Below are positions 15,947 through 18,619 of a DNA stretch of 18,619 nt, in pieces. The notes under the pieces were generated by a model. That model searched no databases and was not told the origin of the DNA. It saw nothing but the letters and a program-made list of their open reading frames with translations. The stretch is from Escherichia phage FS2B. The DNA lies in the sequence record MW929183.1. One strand, written 5' to 3'. The position numbers and the translations under genes are program-made. Position 1 is the stretch's first letter, and each line of letters starts with the position of its first letter.

Positions 15947-16846
15947 ATGGCTAAAATCTTTACTCTGGTTAACGAATCCGGTTTTAATGCTCTGGCTAAC
16001 AACATTCGCAGTAATAACGCGGCGATCAAACAAGATGTTTCTAACTTCCTGTTAGGTCATTTGCAGCACTTTCGTAGCAACGGTAAGAAGTTAGATGTAT
16101 TGCAGGCGGCGGTTGACTTCCTGTTAACCGAACGTTTCCGCGATATGGATGTTATTGCCACCGCGATTACTTTCTTAACTCCTATCAAGTTTAACACCGA
16201 TGCGGCAAATGGTCGTAAAAAGTGGATTAATCTGGAAGGTGAGGCGAAAGCTAAAGAAGATGCGAAAGAAGCGCAAATTAAGGCCAAAATGGAACAAAAC
16301 CGCGCTCGCTGGTCAAACGCTTTCGAAAACTTTGCATTAGGTCGTGCAATTGAAGTGGATAATCCTAACTTCTACAAAGGTTGCAATGACAACGTGGCGG
16401 CACACCTGCAAATTCCGGCGAAAAACAAGGAAGATTTTAATCAGGATATTTACGCTTTGGTTGAACGCTTGAATGCAATCCGTATTGAAGCCAAATTACT
16501 GGCTGATGAGCGCAACGGCGCAACCAGCGATAACACTATCGCCCTGAGTGAAGAAGTTGGGAAGGTTAAAAAGTCCTTTGATTCACTCATCAAGAAAATC
16601 ACGGCCTCGACGGTAGCGATCTCGGATGATTATCTGATGAACGCATCAAGCAAGGAATTAGAATCACTCGATTCATACGCTGATGAAATGGAAAAGACTG
16701 TTGCAGCTATGCAGGAGAAGTTAGAAAGTCTGCGCGGTCGTATCTCTTCAACGGTTGCTACCCGTAGCGAACAAGCGGCGAAAGCAGAAGAGGAAGAAGT
16801 ATTGCGTAAAGCGGCTGAAATTATGGCGGCACGTCAAGCGGCATAA
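15947..16846 (+). CDS. Hypothetical protein, 299 aa, largely helical with coiled-coil-like C-terminus
   Basis: Track ORF starts at GTG 15938, but ATG 15947 has SD AAGGTG at 6 nt spacing. K/E/A-rich helical sequence. No recognisable catalytic motif. Confidence 0.7.
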   Translation: MAKIFTLVNESGFNALANNIRSNNAAIKQDVSNFLLGHLQHFRSNGKKLDVLQAAVDFLLTERFRDMDVIATAITFLTPIKFNTDAANGRKKWINLEGEAKAKEDAKEAQIKAKMEQNRARWSNAFENFALGRAIEVDNPNFYKGCNDNVAAHLQIPAKNKEDFNQDIYALVERLNAIRIEAKLLADERNGATSDNTIALSEEVGKVKKSFDSLIKKITASTVAISDDYLMNASSKELESLDSYADEMEKTVAAMQEKLESLRGRISSTVATRSEQAAKAEEEEVLRKAAEIMAARQAA

Positions 16847-16870
16847 GTAAGACAATTTAAATAAACATAA

Positions 16871-16903
16871 GGCGCTATCTTAACGGGTAGCGCCTTTTCT
16901 TTT
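16871..16903 (+). terminator. Rho-independent terminator after the 299-aa gene
   Basis: Stem GGCGCUA / UAGCGCC with 10-nt loop, followed by UUUUCUUUUAUC. Confidence 0.65.
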
Positions 16904-16957
16904 ATCAGTGCATTGATTCAGTGCATTAATCAAAGAATCTAATTAAAGGTGACGATC

Positions 16958-17176
16958 ATGTTAATTACACATACCACGATCTATAGGAATCTTGTCAACG
17001 GTCAACATTACCGACTATCTAAAAAGTATGGCGTTGAATGTAAATGTGTTATTACCGGTGAATGGTATCCGTCGCCAATGAAGATTGAAACGTTGGAACG
17101 TGAAGCGATCAGCTATATTATCACGCAAGAAACAACGTTAGGTCGTATCTTAAGAAAGCTGGGATTGAGAAAATGA
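16958..17176 (+). CDS. Hypothetical protein, 72 aa
   Basis: ATG 16958 with SD AAAGGTGA at 5 nt spacing (track used the upstream GTG). Stop overlaps the next gene's start (ATGA). Confidence 0.6.
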   Translation: MLITHTTIYRNLVNGQHYRLSKKYGVECKCVITGEWYPSPMKIETLEREAISYIITQETTLGRILRKLGLRK

Positions 17177-17397
17177 TATTCAGTAGTAATTTTGGCAAGT
17201 GTCCTATTTGTGAGAAACATCGCAGCACGGGAAACCATCGCAAATGTAGTAAGATATTACAGCGCCAACGTGATAACAAACATTGGGATACTGTACACAC
17301 TAACCAGCGTAAAGAAGAAGTTAGGAAAATGGCTGTTAAAGCGTCATTTGCTCAATCAACCCGTATTGAACACATTCAAAGGTATCAAGCATCATGA
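17173..17397 (+). CDS. Small basic protein, 74 aa, with a Cys/His cluster (C-x2-C...H...H-x2-C), possible zinc-binding
   Basis: ATGA overlaps at both ends (17173 and 17394) favour this frame over the overlapping 70-aa ORF at 17192-17404. KCPICEKHRSTGNHRKC near the N-terminus. Confidence 0.5.
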   Translation: MIFSSNFGKCPICEKHRSTGNHRKCSKILQRQRDNKHWDTVHTNQRKEEVRKMAVKASFAQSTRIEHIQRYQAS

Positions 17398-17603
17398 TCA
17401 CTAACATTTCAGAGTTTAAGAAAGCTCCCTCTCGTCTGTTAGGCCGTCGTGTTGTATATCTTTATAGCAATAAAGGTAAATGTACAACCGGACGAATTAC
17501 AACGGTGAGTAGTGCTAACAAGAAACTGTTAAAGTTATGCGTAGCTATGGATGACGGTACAATCCTGCTACGCAGTTGGAAATCGTTTAGTTTACTTGAT
17601 TAA
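17394..17603 (+). CDS. Hypothetical protein, 69 aa
   Basis: ATG 17394 overlaps the upstream stop (ATGA). Basic protein. Confidence 0.55.
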   Translation: MITNISEFKKAPSRLLGRRVVYLYSNKGKCTTGRITTVSSANKKLLKLCVAMDDGTILLRSWKSFSLLD

Positions 17604-17672
17604 GTTATTTGTTCAAGCCTATCGACTTGATGGGCTTGCCCGATATAACTTATCACTGGAAGGAATAAGATT

Positions 17673-18116
17673 GTGGCTAAATCTAAAATCAGCATGAAGG
17701 GCGGGCGTTGTTTTGCTATCTCTGAACTAGAGAAAGAGAAACCGAAGGCAACTAATCACGTTAGTAAGCGTAGTTTAAAACGTCGTGCTGCAAAGGCTGA
17801 GGCTGAATCCCATGTTCCTTCAAGTGTGGCAAAACGTGTAGGCCATCGTGTCCATCGGGCTGATGCGTTGTTATTAGCTGATCATAAACGTTCTTTGTTA
17901 CAGAGCGGGGGAGCTAAAACAGAAGAGGAGAAGAAGTTAGAAATCTTCTGTAATGGTCGCACCCGTGGTAAACAGAAGTTTAAAGGTAGCACGAAAGACC
18001 CGCAGGCTTTCCCTAAGACAAGCCAGTGTGCACCTGATGTTTTCTACGCAGATAGTAAACACAAGTGGGGCGTTGAGAAATACATTGACCCCATCAAAGA
18101 GGCAAGGGTTAAGTAG
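17673..18116 (+). CDS. Basic hypothetical protein, 147 aa, GTG start
   Basis: GTG 17673 with SD AAGGA ~8 nt upstream. K/R-rich, possibly nucleic-acid binding. Followed by two terminators. Confidence 0.55.
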   Translation: MAKSKISMKGGRCFAISELEKEKPKATNHVSKRSLKRRAAKAEAESHVPSSVAKRVGHRVHRADALLLADHKRSLLQSGGAKTEEEKKLEIFCNGRTRGKQKFKGSTKDPQAFPKTSQCAPDVFYADSKHKWGVEKYIDPIKEARVK

Positions 18117-18196
18117 TAGGAATATAGCCCCCTCTTTTAGTACTGTGACGCTCTTTCTGTAGCGTCGTGCCCTCTCCCCATTTGAAGCTTCCGCAT

Positions 18197-18218
18197 AGCC
18201 GCCTTTGAGCGGCTTTTT
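18197..18218 (+). terminator. Rho-independent terminator (first of a tandem pair)
   Basis: Stem AGCCGC / GCGGCU with loop CUUUGA, followed by UUUU. Confidence 0.55.
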
Positions 18219-18281
18219 GCGTTGCTGTAAGTGCATTTGCGAGTGTATTTATAGCAACGGTCATGTGTTGCTTTCAGGTTT

Positions 18282-18309
18282 GCCCCGGCTACGGCTGGGG
18301 CTTTTTTTA
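18282..18309 (+). terminator. Rho-independent terminator (second of the pair)
   Basis: 8-bp stem GCCCCGGC / GCUGGGGC with one G-U pair, UACG tetraloop, followed by UUUUUUUA. Confidence 0.7.
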
Positions 18310-18334
18310 TGTCTACTGTATAGGAATCTATGAA

Positions 18335-18619
18335 ATGAAAGCAATTGTATTATCCTCAATCCTAGCTCTGTCCGTAATGGCATCGCCTGTTATTGCTAAA
18401 AGTGGAAACAATGGCAATGGCAATGGAGGTTGTGGTGTAGGTCAATCTACCAATGGTTGCGGTATCGGAGATTGGTTTAAAGGTGAAAAAGGTGATCAGG
18501 GAGAGAAAGGCGACACTGGCGCTAATGGCATTGATGGTAAAGATGGCATTGATGGTAAAGATGGCATTGATGGTAAAGATGGCATTGATGGTAAAGATGG
18601 CATTGATGGTAAAGATGGC
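18335..18619 (+). CDS. Secreted collagen-like protein, partial (runs off window end)
   Basis: ATG 18335, not in the ORF track because no stop falls in the window. N-terminal signal-peptide-like MKAIVLSSILALSVMASPVIA, a Gly/Asn/Cys-rich linker, then uninterrupted Gly-X-Y triplets (GEKGDQGEKGDTGANGIDGKDGIDGKDG...). Confidence 0.65.
   Translation, partial: MKAIVLSSILALSVMASPVIAKSGNNGNGNGGCGVGQSTNGCGIGDWFKGEKGDQGEKGDTGANGIDGKDGIDGKDGIDGKDGIDGKDGIDGKDG
18527..18619 (+). repeat. Perfect 18-bp tandem repeat (ggcattgatggtaaagat), at least 5 copies, encoding (GIDGKD)n
   Basis: Read directly from the sequence; the array continues to the window edge. Confidence 0.9.

Noticed and set aside
17192-17404. 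70-aa ORF overlapping the 74-aa gene in another frame
   Set aside because: The alternative frame (17173-17397) has ATGA coupling at both ends with its neighbours. This frame lacks a start context.
1-18619. CRISPR array, tRNA genes, integrase or attachment site
   Set aside because: The repeats present are either in-frame coding repeats (282 bp, 18 bp) or short phased motifs without spacer/repeat architecture. No cloverleaf-compatible sequence with a GTTCGA/GTTCAA T-loop was found in the non-coding regions. No ORF has a tyrosine or serine recombinase signature.

Overview
This window reads as part of a tailed dsDNA phage or prophage of a Gram-negative host (clear Shine-Dalgarno sites, sigma70-type promoters, rho-independent terminators). 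All calls are from reading the sequence and ORF track; no database search or folding was run. Minus strand 1-11209 is one contiguous late/structural block, read right to left: two unknown small genes, small and large terminase, portal, a 78-aa protein, an acidic scaffolding protein, major capsid protein, an Ig-like ORF in the -1 frame of the capsid gene behind a G GGA AAG slippery site, a 250-aa virion protein, and a tail-fibre gene with perfect 282-bp tandem repeats that runs off the window start. 11210-12481 is an ORF-free divergent control region with strand-biased CCCGT motifs and 16-bp-phased TTAAGGC repeats. On the plus strand, 12482-13977 encodes five small secreted or membrane proteins; 13978-15946 is a ~2 kb ORF-free region with two near-consensus sigma70 promoters and four copies of a CGCTCTTTAA element; 15947-18116 encodes five proteins of unknown function; 18335 to the window end begins a signal-peptide-bearing collagen-like protein. 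I found no tRNA, CRISPR array, integrase or recognisable defence-system domain. The best candidates for undescribed biology are the 2-kb promoter-rich non-coding region, the motif-dense divergent region, and the small secreted-protein cassette.
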